A DNA stretch of 45,338 bases, from the NCBI GenBank assembly GCA_002811645.1, contig PDIP01000076.1, forward strand, positions 1 through 45,338. Direction: 5' to 3'. The number at the start of each line of letters is the position of its first letter. Within the stretch, counting starts at the first letter, position 1. The DNA comes from Corallochytrium limacisporum Hawaii (lineage: Eukaryota > Protista > Pluriformea). Position numbers and translations under genes: made by a program. Shown here one piece after another: positions 29,022 to 39,582 of this stretch. The notes beneath the pieces are model-generated. The model was not told the DNA's origin, ran no database searches, and was given only the letters and a program-made list of their open reading frames with translations.

Positions 29022-31268
29022 TCTTACGTTCTGTTTGTGTAACTTCCAGAAAACTTAAAAGTTTGAGGTCTTGCTGGAGAAGTCAACTGAAATGTGAGAT
29101 CACGTAGTCATAATTACTTCTACCTCTTGACTCAGACTGCTCCCAAGCCAATGCTACGATATGATATTCTAATGGAATTGTTCACTCTGGGACTAAAAGA
29201 TGCTGTCTGGATAGTCCTCAGCACATCAGACTTCTAATCGCCCAATGACTATACGATACATACTATTCCTTACGGTTGACTGTTACCAGCATGTAACTAG
29301 ATTGAGATTGGAAAGCCTTCGCTACTCAAAATACCTGAGCGCATGATCCCAGTTCCAACGCCGGGGAATTATCCTACCAGCATATCATGATACCAACTGC
29401 TAACCGATTTCATCGGCATTCACATACCGCAATCAGAGCTATGAAGTGTGAATGATATTGTTATGGGCCCGTGAGCGTGATGCCTCATACTCACCTTATG
29501 ACTTGGACAAGCCACTCCATTGGGGGTCTCATAGACGAGCGACTGCGTGCCCCCCGGGGGGAGACCCCTGCTTTGCGAGAGTCGCTCGGACTCGAAGGAA
29601 CGAAGGAGGGAAAGAAATGTTTGTTCCAATTTTCGCAATGCAGTTAACAATCCTTCCCCCCTTCCCCCTTCCAACCCCCCTCTCCCCCTTTTCGTTCAGT
29701 AGACAAGGCCGAGCACCTAGGAAAAGAAGGGACACCAGGTGTGGAATGAGTGGTTCCTTTGTCACCTGTTCTCTCCCCCTCTCTCTCGCTCTCTCGCGTT
29801 CTCCTGTCCCTCCTCCCATTGTTCTTATTTCCCCCTCATCCATTCCCGCTTTTCCCTTCCCCTTCGTCTCATCGTCTCTCGTGCTCGGTCAGTCGCTGGT
29901 GTGCGGTCCCCCTTCCCCCCTTGTAGGAGTATCTCTTGGTCCCATACCGAAACCTGATTCATTTTGCATACTTAAAATATGAGAGCATATTCTCCATTCT
30001 CACATTCTTTTTCACTTCTCAGCGTTGGATCATCGAGGTGGGGGACGTACTATGGTCTCCGACAACGGAAGGCTGGGGAGGGATGTACTTGGAAGAAACC
30101 GGGCCGAGAAGAGAAGCTGCTTGCACGGAGGGCACAATGGGCGAAGGAAGGGAGATGGAGTCGAAGGGGGAAGGAGAGGACGAGCAAGGGAATGAGAATA
30201 GTCAAGTGAACAATCCCCCTATCATGCGTACGCAAAATCCATAATATTCTCATTTGGTATCGGTGAGGGTGAATGTATGGGTTTGATAAACGCTGATATT
30301 CTTTTCCTGAAACCTCCCGTCTGCATGGACTCACCCCGTTTTTCTTTTTGCGATTCTCTTTGGTTCTTAGCTCTCTCCCCCCACCCCTTCACCCCGCAGC
30401 CCCCCTCTTCCTCCCCGCTGGATTTAGTTGATGACCCCTCCCGCGGCTTTTATGGGAGAGAAGGCCATTGCTCAGCGATCTGCTTCCACCAATTACTACT
30501 TCCGCCATCTCTCCGGTATTGCGCCCCCTCAGCACCTGTCTTCTTCGGCGCCAGTTTGACGCGTGCGCGGTCGGGAAATGTGGCGCCCCAGCTCCCTTGG
30601 GAGACCTGCGGAGTTCTACGCCTCTCCCTGCTCTCTTGTCTGCCTTACGCCTTCAGTCTGCCATCCGCCAAACCTCTTCGTGCACAGTGTTGGCGATGTT
30701 CTCAATTGTACGTACCATATTTTTGCCACATATTGAACATGTAATGACCACTAGGTTGGATGCTGATGACAAGATTCTTTGTGTGTGCGTGTGTATACAT
30801 CTCACTTACCATCCCCGGAAGCTTGGAAAGTGACATTGCAATGTACTTGCTCATTCAGATTCGGGCAAGCGGATCCATCCACGGTGGTAGGGAGCAGGGG
30901 GAGGGGATCGTAGATATCACAACGAACCCCACCACTGTCACAATACTGAATATATAGAAATTACTGCCAAGATGAGAGTCGAGCCCAATAGTTGCATTGC
31001 ACCTTTCCTTCGACGGTCTGCCAAATTCCTTTGCCAAAGTGGGTCATCAGGAGGAATTGGCCAAGAGCTGAGGTGTCGCATGGAAAGTTTGCAGTACGTT
31101 CAGTACCGTCCGGAGAACCCTCCCTTCGTATCCTTCTCGTTTGTCCCCTGAGCTGACACATACACTTTATTGCCCAAAAGTGCGTGCACTTTACTATGCA
31201 ACGAGTACTATCTATCCACACCTAGGATATCAATTAATAACCAATGCTTCCCATCATTTCCATATCCA

Positions 31269-31313
31269 CGACTAGCATGGCCAATGCGCACAGATGGACA
31301 GCACGTCTGAACG
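31269..31313 (+). ncRNA. Degenerate U6 snRNA-like segment (uncertain)
   Basis: 31270-31296 matches the recalled human U6 core GATTAGCATGGCCCCTGCGCAAGGATG at 22/27 positions, but there is no ACAGAGA box. Confidence 0.15.
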
Positions 31314-32258
31314 TAAGAGAGTCGCTTTCGATGGCTATTCGACTACTATGACCCGGTATTAAACCATACCCAAGAGAACGAGAGAGGATGGTGGAGATGT
31401 GTCTTCCGGCGAAGCTGTTCATGGATGTCATGATCAGCTATCAAACAAAGATGCTATACATCCTTTTTCCATGCATATTCTTTCTCTGTCAAGTCACGTT
31501 CGATCTAGGCTGGGGCTATTGTCTGATGCGCAGTGGAGTACCGATGACTGCGCCTCCCACAGCGTGGCTTTCCCGTGGCCGGGACTGTTTTTCTCCTTCT
31601 CGAAAAATGTAACGGAAGATTCTCCTCGAGTGTAGTCCTCGGAATTCAAGCGTCTTTGCGATCTCTATTTCCCCACCAGGTATATTAGAAAATTGAATAT
31701 CTGTATCGTTCAAATTGCTGGTCGAAACTGTGAGTACACTTGAAGCAAATCAGTTGCGAGCGGTCCAGTTACAATTTGCAAACATCAACCTCTACGGCTA
31801 AAATCCAGTACGTATGCTTAACCGTCTGTCCGCCTGTGAGATGAGCCGAGAACTTGATGTCGAACATTAAGCTCACCTTCCCCGGAGGACAACAGACTGC
31901 ACTGATTTGCTTCCGCCGATCTGCTGGACGAGAGCATTCCTGTAATCGATTAGTACGTTGACTATTGAGCACTGCTCGACCCTGGACCTCACACGCACTT
32001 TGCAAAGTTTGCAAAGCGCAGTCGTGGTGCATCGCTGACGGCTCAGAACATATGCACGATCCCTCTTCGGAACCTTATATGGAAACGAACCAATGAATTT
32101 TTTTTCTTGGTTCTCTCTCCTTCTGTCCTCTTCTCTCCTTCGGCGCCCCTATTTGTCAATAGTCTTAGTATTTGAGCGGCTAGACGGATAAGCAACACAG
32201 TTTGGATTCGATGACCGGAGGGGAATAAAGCCATATTGCCCCACTCTCACCCCGTCGG

Positions 32259-32321
32259 TCGGCCTTTTGCGCGCTGCTTTGTAGTGTCCGTTCTGCAATT
32301 GATCGGAATGCTTGTCTGATC
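32259..32321 (+). ncRNA. Degenerate U2 snRNA-like segment (uncertain)
   Basis: TCGGCCTTTTG, then TGTAGTGTCCGTTCT, then a stem IIa-like hairpin. Helix Ia sequence and a canonical Sm site are absent. Confidence 0.18.
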
Positions 32322-32665
32322 CTTGCCTGTGCTGTGTCCGCTAACGTGCTGCCATAGCCCACTATTCCTACGCGTGTTGTTTCTTGATGAGAGGTCCAGG
32401 TGTGCGGGTCTGGTACAGAATCACGGGAACGGACGAGGGCTTGCTGACTACATCGATATGTCAGAGAAGCTCAGGTACCAACACAAAGTGGAACTTTCTT
32501 TAGGGCAGTAAGTCTTATACCACGTCAACTCACATCATCCATCCATTGATCGGCCGGTGAAACCTGTATGTCCCCTTGCCCCGTACAATCTACAACGGGG
32601 CACGGAATAAAACAAGATCTAGGAAACGTTTTTGCAAACGCGTTGCCACTTTCCAATTGTGCTTT

Positions 32666-32740
32666 GTTTTATCCCACTCTCGGCTCAAATCTTCCACCTT
32701 TTGGTTCTCACAAGATTTCTATTGCACATGACGGATAAAC
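32666..32740 (+). ncRNA. Degenerate U5 snRNA-like stem-loop (uncertain)
   Basis: AAATCTT/AAGATTT stem around a loop containing CACCTTTT, inside an outer TTTATCC/GGATAAA stem. The invariant U5 loop is not intact. Confidence 0.15.
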
Positions 32741-33545
32741 CCAGAGACATACATACTGGTTGTGAAACGAAAGCCACGTGTTTTCGGTTTGTTGTGATAT
32801 GGAACACTCAGGGGTAGATTTCGACTCACTGCAACACCCCCAGTATCAGTCTATCGGAGGTCGGTGGTTAGTTAGTCGAAAAGAGTTGACTGTTCCTCCT
32901 GGCTTTCGTCGTTATTGCACCTTCTACAAAGGGCGGGTAATTTTTCAACTGTTGTATGTTGTCTATGACTCTCTGCGGGGCTGGGAGTTGTTGGTTGTCG
33001 CCTGCACTGTTGGCAATGTGGGCTGGAGTCCACAAATTCGCTTTGTTTTGTGATCTGGGTGAGGCCTCGTCACCTACTTTTTCGTTTGTCCTTGGAAATT
33101 TTCTGCTTTTCATCTGCTGACGCGATCCCCAACCGAGAGCCCTTGAAATACAGCAAAAACTTCCCTGTCAGTTTCGGAAAACATGAGCAACCGCAATACG
33201 TCCAATCACTGGGCTCCAGTCATTTTTTTGGATCCCCGACCAACCATGACAATATTCTTTGCCTTTCGCTATTTGTCATCGCTTGGATTCTCTGTGACCG
33301 GGGACGCCCGTCCCACACACGAGCGTCTCTCCCAATAGAAATCGCATTATGTTGAATGAAGAATACATTACGGACCCACTTGCTCACGTCGATGAGTGAG
33401 TATCCTCGGGGATCATTTTTTTGTACACTATCCCCAAAGGTGGTGCCCCACTTTCCGTGATCCCCCTTCTGCTTTCTTTCTTTCTTTTTCTTTTGAATCT
33501 CACAGTAGAGGAAGTGGAGAGCAAGGCAATTTTCAAAACTTAGCA

Positions 33546-33586
33546 ATGATGATGATGACGATGATGCACGATGATGACGACGATGA
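33546..33586. repeat. Imperfect (GAT/GAC)n trinucleotide repeat
   Basis: ATGATGATGATGACGATGATG...GATGATGACGACGATGA. Confidence 0.85.
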
Positions 33587-35669
33587 GACGAAGATTCTTA
33601 CATTGCATTCATCCACATAAACGGATGAGGAGAAGGTCTCCGGGGGCCCCAAGCCACCATCGTTTTCTTGAATAAGAAAATAGGTGAAGTAGATGATACA
33701 AAAAAACCCTCAACAAATTGGGCACCATCGTCGCTCAGTGGTTTCCTTGCGTTGGTGGTCAACCGGTGTCTGGTACTACCACTTTGCCTTTTGGGGCAAG
33801 CATACTCTCCAATTTGTTTACAGGACCTTCTCCATGTACGCGAATCAACGTATCAATTGCGATGCAAAACAAGAAAGGACATCCATCTATTAAAGTACAC
33901 AGAGAGGGCCCCCGGCGGCTGGGGCCGCCGTGGAATGCGAGGTTTTTGGACAAAAATGTCGTCGATCACTAGTCAACGGTAGTGTCGGCATGCCATTGAG
34001 CACCAAGCCAAACAGCATTTTTGTCCCTTTATTGCCCTCTGGCTACAAGTTTGGAACATGGATGTTGAGGAGTATCATGCAAGTGCGTCCGGGGAGTGTA
34101 TGAGGATGATAGATGGTGCACTACTTCAATTGGAAAGGGAGGTTGTCGAGCCCCACCCACATGCTGCGGTAACGGGTTATTAAGTCCATTGGCATACGTC
34201 CAGATATTTGAACAAGTCGAGAAATACTAGAATTCGCAGTTCATAACTCTCTCACTCACTCTACCTGGCAAGGGCAAAGCAGAGCATTGACTGCTACGAA
34301 CAGATTGGCAGGATGGAAGTGAAGAGCATCGTCAGCGCCTTTGCTTACGTATCCAGAAGCAAATGTGATACGTATGAGGCAGGCATCACATTCCGACAGC
34401 CCACACATACAAACGCATCACTGATGATCCCTGGAACGTAGCGGGGTAGAAGGAAAGAACCGAAGAAGCCCTCTGCGTTTTGCGGATGTTTGTGTCCTTG
34501 TCTCTTTTGTTCCTCACGCCCTCGTCATTACTCAGAGGCAGGCTTACCCAAAAAGTTGACGCATCGATCTCGAACTAGAGAGTAGTTTTAGCAACAAAAG
34601 ATTTACAGAACAGCTTCCCATGTGTCTGTTGAGAGCTCTTGACTTTTCTGGGTAATACCCCGCATGCAGTGGGATCCAGGTGCGATCAGGTACCATGCCG
34701 ATTCCGCGTCAATGGTGCGGCAAAGTGAGAGTTGCTTAGCCTCCTACCGACATCAAAACCTTCTCAGAATTGATTAGAACGTTCACCTGTCCGCCTCTAC
34801 GCTTCTCCGCTAGCTGCGCTCCCTGTCATGTTCAGGGAGGTGCATTTCAAGAGTCCCCAAATTAAGACAGCGCAACAAACTTCACCCGTCCAAGACATTC
34901 CAACCTGCTTATTTCGCTCTAGAGACTTCGATCAATCTGCGGGACAAGGAAATAATATCAGTGAAAAATTTTCTGCGTAGCGTAGATGGCCACAGACATT
35001 TTCCACAAATGTTTTTGGAACATATTGCTGTTCTTCGTGTGTGCTGATTCCGGGCTCTGGTAAGACCCAAGCTGTGCACTTGTTTACCTATATCCGGAGA
35101 AGCCGTGCCAATGATCGACACCTGCGCCGCAGCCAATCACTGTCCAAGGTTTGCTGATCCTCTACAACGTCGGAATGTTGGACAGGCTTGGTGGAGAACC
35201 GCGCGCGTGATGCACCAGATGCCCTTCGAATAGGTCAACAAATGGCTGTAAACCCCTGACATTTGTATAGTGCTGTGTTGGTGTGTCAATCTGTGGCTAG
35301 AAATATCTACAACGTGCTGCATTCTCAGAATGAAACTGCGGTTCTGACAACGATTTGGATAGAAAGTCATACGTAGATGAAGTCGTGTGTACCAAAAGGA
35401 TCTCTTCAGAACCATAAAGGATGCATGCAGTCGTCTTAAAGGAGCCTATGATCACCTCATTTGTGACATGCCGGAGAATGCTGTATGATGTTCACTCCTC
35501 TTCAGTTTGGAACTGGGGAGTTGAGGGGATGCCTGGTAGGAGAATGGAGGCGCCAAGAGGAGACTGCAGATCAACGGTTCCCAAATATAGGCCCCCGTTT
35601 CCAGCACAACGAGCACAGCCGTCAAAAAAAGTAATATTAATTTTTAAATACACAGACGGTACCATACAA

Positions 35670-35697
35670 CAAACCCCCCCCCCGGGGGGGGGGTTTG
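35670..35697. repeat. Perfect 28-bp palindrome CAAA-C10-G10-TTTG
   Basis: Read directly from the sequence; about 280 bp upstream of the POLD2 ATG. Confidence 0.9.
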
Positions 35698-35824
35698 ACT
35701 TTTCGCGCGCACCGCCAACAGCGCAACCTTGAAATCGCCCTCGCTCTCGCTTTGGCTCGGTCGGCGCCGGTCTCCGGCGGCCACCTCCCCTTGGGGAGCC
35801 CCCAACGTTTGGGGGGTGGCTGGG

Positions 35825-35861
35825 GGATTAGGTCAGACAGCTCAGGATTAGGTCAGACAGC
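35825..35861 (+). repeat. 17-bp direct repeat GGATTAGGTCAGACAGC x2 (20-bp period)
   Basis: Exact copies at 35825-35841 and 35845-35861. Confidence 0.92.
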
Positions 35862-35977
35862 CCCGCGATGTTCACGAATTCTAGGAGGTGGGTTGGGTAC
35901 TTCGGGCGGCGTGTTCGCCGATGTATTCTGTTCCAGATCATAAATTAAGTAGAACAAAGATAAAAACACAATAAATT

Positions 35978-37504
35978 ATGCCGGGAATAGCTACACGGGA
36001 AGACTTTGGCAGCTCATTTCCTGGAACATTCCTTCGGGAGCCCAACAATGAGGAGGTTGCACATGGGATCGAGCCACTGGTTCGATTTACGTCTGGTCTC
36101 ACCATTGAAAAGGAAAGATTTCGGGTTGACAACCGGATGTCTGGCGAGCAGTATGCCATGCTTTACTTTATTCGCCTGAAGCTGATGATCAAGAACGGAC
36201 TGAAGCAAGCCGCCCTCGATCGCTGGGGCTCGGAACTTGACACGGTCAAGATCAGCAAAGTGTCAGAAACCAGTAAATGCATCGTTATCGGTACGGTGTA
36301 TAAACAGATGGAAAAGAAACCTTCCGTACTAGATGAATTTGCAGACGGCAAGGCCAAGGCACTTGCAGAGGCAAATGCAAAGGAACCCAAGCATGTCTCC
36401 GTTGAAACTGACCATTTGATCTTGGAGGACGAAAGTGGTCGTTGCACCTTAAGTGGCAATGTTCCCGTCGGTGAGGTGGTGACCGGAATAGTTATGGCAG
36501 CAAAGGGTGAAGAAGATGACGAAGGTTATTTTCATGTGGAGGACTACTGCTTCGTTGGTGTCCCCAGCCGCGACGGTGAAGATGAGAGTGCCATGGCAGT
36601 GGATTCCTCCGCTGTCGTCGATGAAGATGACTTTGAAGCTGATGATCACGATGATGACCCTTTACTATGCCTTATCAGTGGCATTGAAGTCAACGGACGC
36701 AATGATCTCAATGGTCTGGCATACCAGGCTTTCCATGAGTGGCTCAGTGGGTACCTTGGGGGAGAAAAATCGACAAAGTTGGCATCAAGGGTCTGCCGTG
36801 TAGCCATTCTGGGGAATCTGTTTCATCGCGACGGTGACTTCAAACCGAACTATCTGTTTGGAGAGAATCGTGGCAAGCGCCTACCGCCGATCGACGACCT
36901 AAAGGACTGCGATACCATCCTGCAGGAAATGGTTAGTCAGTGCCCTGTACTTGTGATTCCCGGAGCGAATGACCCATCCGGGTTCAACATGCCTCAGCAA
37001 CCCATTCACTGGTGCCTGTTCCCGAAAACTGCTCGCTTCAACTCCTTTTCGTCCGGTCCTAATCCTACACTATGTACCATCACTCAGGAAGAGAACGAAA
37101 AGAAGAGCCAGGGAGCCAACGGCGTGGCGAAACAGGTGACTGCGCTGTTTACCAGTGGACAAACTGTCGATGACATTTACAAGTACGTTGAGACCGATGA
37201 TCGCCTAGAGATTGCCTGCAACACTTTGAAGTGGGGCCACATTGCGCCTACCATGCCCGACACACTGCAATCATATCCCTACCAGAAGGATGATCCCTTT
37301 ATTCTTGACACCTTGCCACATCTGTACTGCGTCGGAAACCAATCCGAATATGGGTCTCGTTTAGTTAAGAATTCCAGGGACCAGGCCTGTCGTGTCATAA
37401 TGGTACCCCGCTTCGCAATCACTGGAACAGCAGTTCTGGTCAATCTGCGCACCCTGAAGAGCAGGAGCATGACGTTCTTCCAGAGTGTTGGAGAACGTGA
37501 ATGA
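35978..37504 (+). CDS. POLD2: DNA polymerase delta small (B) subunit
   Basis: QYAMLYFIRL, IGTVYKQM..KPSVLDE, LEDESGR, VVTGIV, PGANDP...MPQQPIH, TSGQTVDDI, WGHIAPTMPDTL..YP...DPF and PHLYCVGNQ. Confidence 0.96.
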   Translation: MPGIATREDFGSSFPGTFLREPNNEEVAHGIEPLVRFTSGLTIEKERFRVDNRMSGEQYAMLYFIRLKLMIKNGLKQAALDRWGSELDTVKISKVSETSKCIVIGTVYKQMEKKPSVLDEFADGKAKALAEANAKEPKHVSVETDHLILEDESGRCTLSGNVPVGEVVTGIVMAAKGEEDDEGYFHVEDYCFVGVPSRDGEDESAMAVDSSAVVDEDDFEADDHDDDPLLCLISGIEVNGRNDLNGLAYQAFHEWLSGYLGGEKSTKLASRVCRVAILGNLFHRDGDFKPNYLFGENRGKRLPPIDDLKDCDTILQEMVSQCPVLVIPGANDPSGFNMPQQPIHWCLFPKTARFNSFSSGPNPTLCTITQEENEKKSQGANGVAKQVTALFTSGQTVDDIYKYVETDDRLEIACNTLKWGHIAPTMPDTLQSYPYQKDDPFILDTLPHLYCVGNQSEYGSRLVKNSRDQACRVIMVPRFAITGTAVLVNLRTLKSRSMTFFQSVGERE

Positions 37505-37659
37505 GTTGTTAATGATGTCTATATGTAATCAAAACCATGTTACAAATACAATTATTTTGCTCAGATGTGATGGATGTGTTCAAATAGAATGTTGTGTGGA
37601 AAGCGCTTACTCGAAGGTTAGATGCATTCGCTGGTGCACGCGATGCTGTTGTGAAAAGT

Positions 37660-39495
37660 CTAGATGGAACCAAAGGGATCATTGGGATCGATCTTGTTGG
37701 CGGCCTGTGATTGCTGCTGTTGCTGGTTCTGGTTGTAACCTCCTCCCACGTTTCCGTACCCGCCCATACTCTGCATCCCACTGCCCATGTTGCCGTAGCC
37801 TCCAGCCATGCTCTGCTGTCCGAAGCCACCACCATAGCCGCCCATGGACTGCTGAGGCTGCTGCTGCTGGCTCATGAAAGGGTTGTAGCTTTGTGGCTGC
37901 TGGGGCATGTTACCGTAGCCCCCAAAAGCCTGCTGCTGCGGTACCATCTGTTGCTGCTGCTGCATGAAAGGGTTCACACTGGCAGGTCCATGGTTACCCA
38001 TGCCGCCCTGCATCATAGGGTTTACGCTGCTGTAGGCACCGAAAGATTGCGGTGGTTGCTGCTGCTGTTGCTGCTGACCGAAAGGATTTGCCGCTTGCTG
38101 CTGGTTACTTGCAAAGGGATTGCTGGTACTTCGATTGCCATCAATGGAGCTGTCCAGTATCGACGACGATGCGGTAGGTGCAGGTACAGTCTGTTGTTTG
38201 GGTGCCTGGACCGTGAACGCATCAAGGCTGCTTCCCGTAGCCCGAGCAGGATTGGTGTTCTGAGCAGGTGATGAACTAGCACCGAATGGTGAGGAATCGC
38301 CAAATGGGTTCTGGTTGGAGGCCTGTGCTGTATACGGAGCAGCACCACCGCTGCCCCTGGTGGATGCGAAAGGATCGTTGTTTCCATTCGATGCGAAGGG
38401 ATCATTGCTCTGTGCAGGGGCCGGTTGCCCGCTCTGTACACTTGGGCCGTCACTAAATTCATCTCCCCAATTAATTTGCGGACCCCCCTGAGGATTGTTA
38501 CCGAAGCTTTCTCGTAGTTGGCTAGCACCATCGCGAGCCTGAGTAGCGGACACTTCAATCTGACGCTTGACTGACTCCAACGTGGGCGGTTCCTTACCCC
38601 CTTCAATGGCCGCTACATGAGTTTTGAGCGTGACAAGCAAGTCACGGGGAGCGGTGGTAATGTCACGTACTTCCTCGGGTGCTTCCTTTTCGAACGTACG
38701 AATACCCTTGAGCTCGATAAAGTCGATAGATCGCTGGTTATTTTCCATCAGAAACTCGTATACCTTGATGACGCGCTTGCATTCATCGGTGCTCATCTTG
38801 AAGAAGTCTTCTAACAGGCTGAGTAGCATGACGTTAAGGCTGATGTAGAGCTTCGCCAGATCCCGAGCACAATTAACTAGAATGGCACTGATGATGACGT
38901 TGTTGACATCAGCACCTTGGGGCTCCATTTCCAAAAGAGCCCTCATCACTGGTAGCACTTCCTCTGCGTCCTGCAGAATCTTTGTCGTGCTCATCTCCCC
39001 AACGGACTTCACAAGTTTCCTATCCCGGGCGTAGTCGTAGCCAATCACACGCACTGTGGCAATACGCTCCTCAACGTAGGTTGCGAGGCGCCTGACATAG
39101 CGAGACATGGTGCCAGCCTGAAGGTCACTCTTATCTGCAAACTTGCTAAGACGGAAGGACACAGGAGCCTTGGTGCACTCCGCAATGAAGCGATCATGGC
39201 CTACCTTGAGAAGAATCTGCAGCAGTGCCAAAGCCTTCATAACGACAACCCAGTTCTTCTCCTTCAAGCGTTTCTCGATCTGTTTGAACATTTCTGAACT
39301 GGCTTCACGGTTACTGCTGACGTCGCGAAGATACAATACATGCTTTGGTTTGGGAGGCTCCTCCGTTCGGCGAGTAGCCTTCACCACAGCCGTTTGAACA
39401 GGATCACCACTGACACCGACGACGGCAATTTTGTTCTTGAATCCATCGCGAGTGGAGTTGAGGAAAGACTTACCTTGGAAGTCCCGGTACGACAT
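37660..39495 (-). CDS. PICALM: ANTH-domain clathrin assembly protein (AP180/PICALM family)
   Basis: ANTH motifs AVVKAT...PPKPKHV, NWVVVMKAL, YVRRLATYVEER and LLEDFFKM. Disordered tail with five NPF and three DPF motifs. Start placed at ccgccATG (39495); the ORF track begins at a TTG at 39609. Confidence 0.9.
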   Translation of the reverse strand: MSYRDFQGKSFLNSTRDGFKNKIAVVGVSGDPVQTAVVKATRRTEEPPKPKHVLYLRDVSSNREASSEMFKQIEKRLKEKNWVVVMKALALLQILLKVGHDRFIAECTKAPVSFRLSKFADKSDLQAGTMSRYVRRLATYVEERIATVRVIGYDYARDRKLVKSVGEMSTTKILQDAEEVLPVMRALLEMEPQGADVNNVIISAILVNCARDLAKLYISLNVMLLSLLEDFFKMSTDECKRVIKVYEFLMENNQRSIDFIELKGIRTFEKEAPEEVRDITTAPRDLLVTLKTHVAAIEGGKEPPTLESVKRQIEVSATQARDGASQLRESFGNNPQGGPQINWGDEFSDGPSVQSGQPAPAQSNDPFASNGNNDPFASTRGSGGAAPYTAQASNQNPFGDSSPFGASSSPAQNTNPARATGSSLDAFTVQAPKQQTVPAPTASSSILDSSIDGNRSTSNPFASNQQQAANPFGQQQQQQQPPQSFGAYSSVNPMMQGGMGNHGPASVNPFMQQQQQMVPQQQAFGGYGNMPQQPQSYNPFMSQQQQPQQSMGGYGGGFGQQSMAGGYGNMGSGMQSMGGYGNVGGGYNQNQQQQQSQAANKIDPNDPFGSI

Positions 39496-39582
39496 GGCGG
39501 TATATTTTAGAAATGATTTTGTATATGATGTCCCGACCTTTACACGAAGTGCATAGTGTGTTGTTTGCAGTCCTTGATGGCC

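Noticed and set aside
30804-31060. U1 snRNA-like motifs (ACTTACC, GCAGGGG, CATTGCAC, CCAAAGTGGG); also CTACCTGGCAAGGG at 34261
   Set aside because: Spacing is wrong, there is no paired upper stem around ATTGCAC, and ATTGCAC occurs several times elsewhere in the window. Worth rechecking only if the neighbouring snRNA-like cluster is confirmed.
35830-35855. AGGTCA repeats as a nuclear receptor element
   Set aside because: Nuclear receptors are animal-specific and the repeat is explained by a simple duplication.
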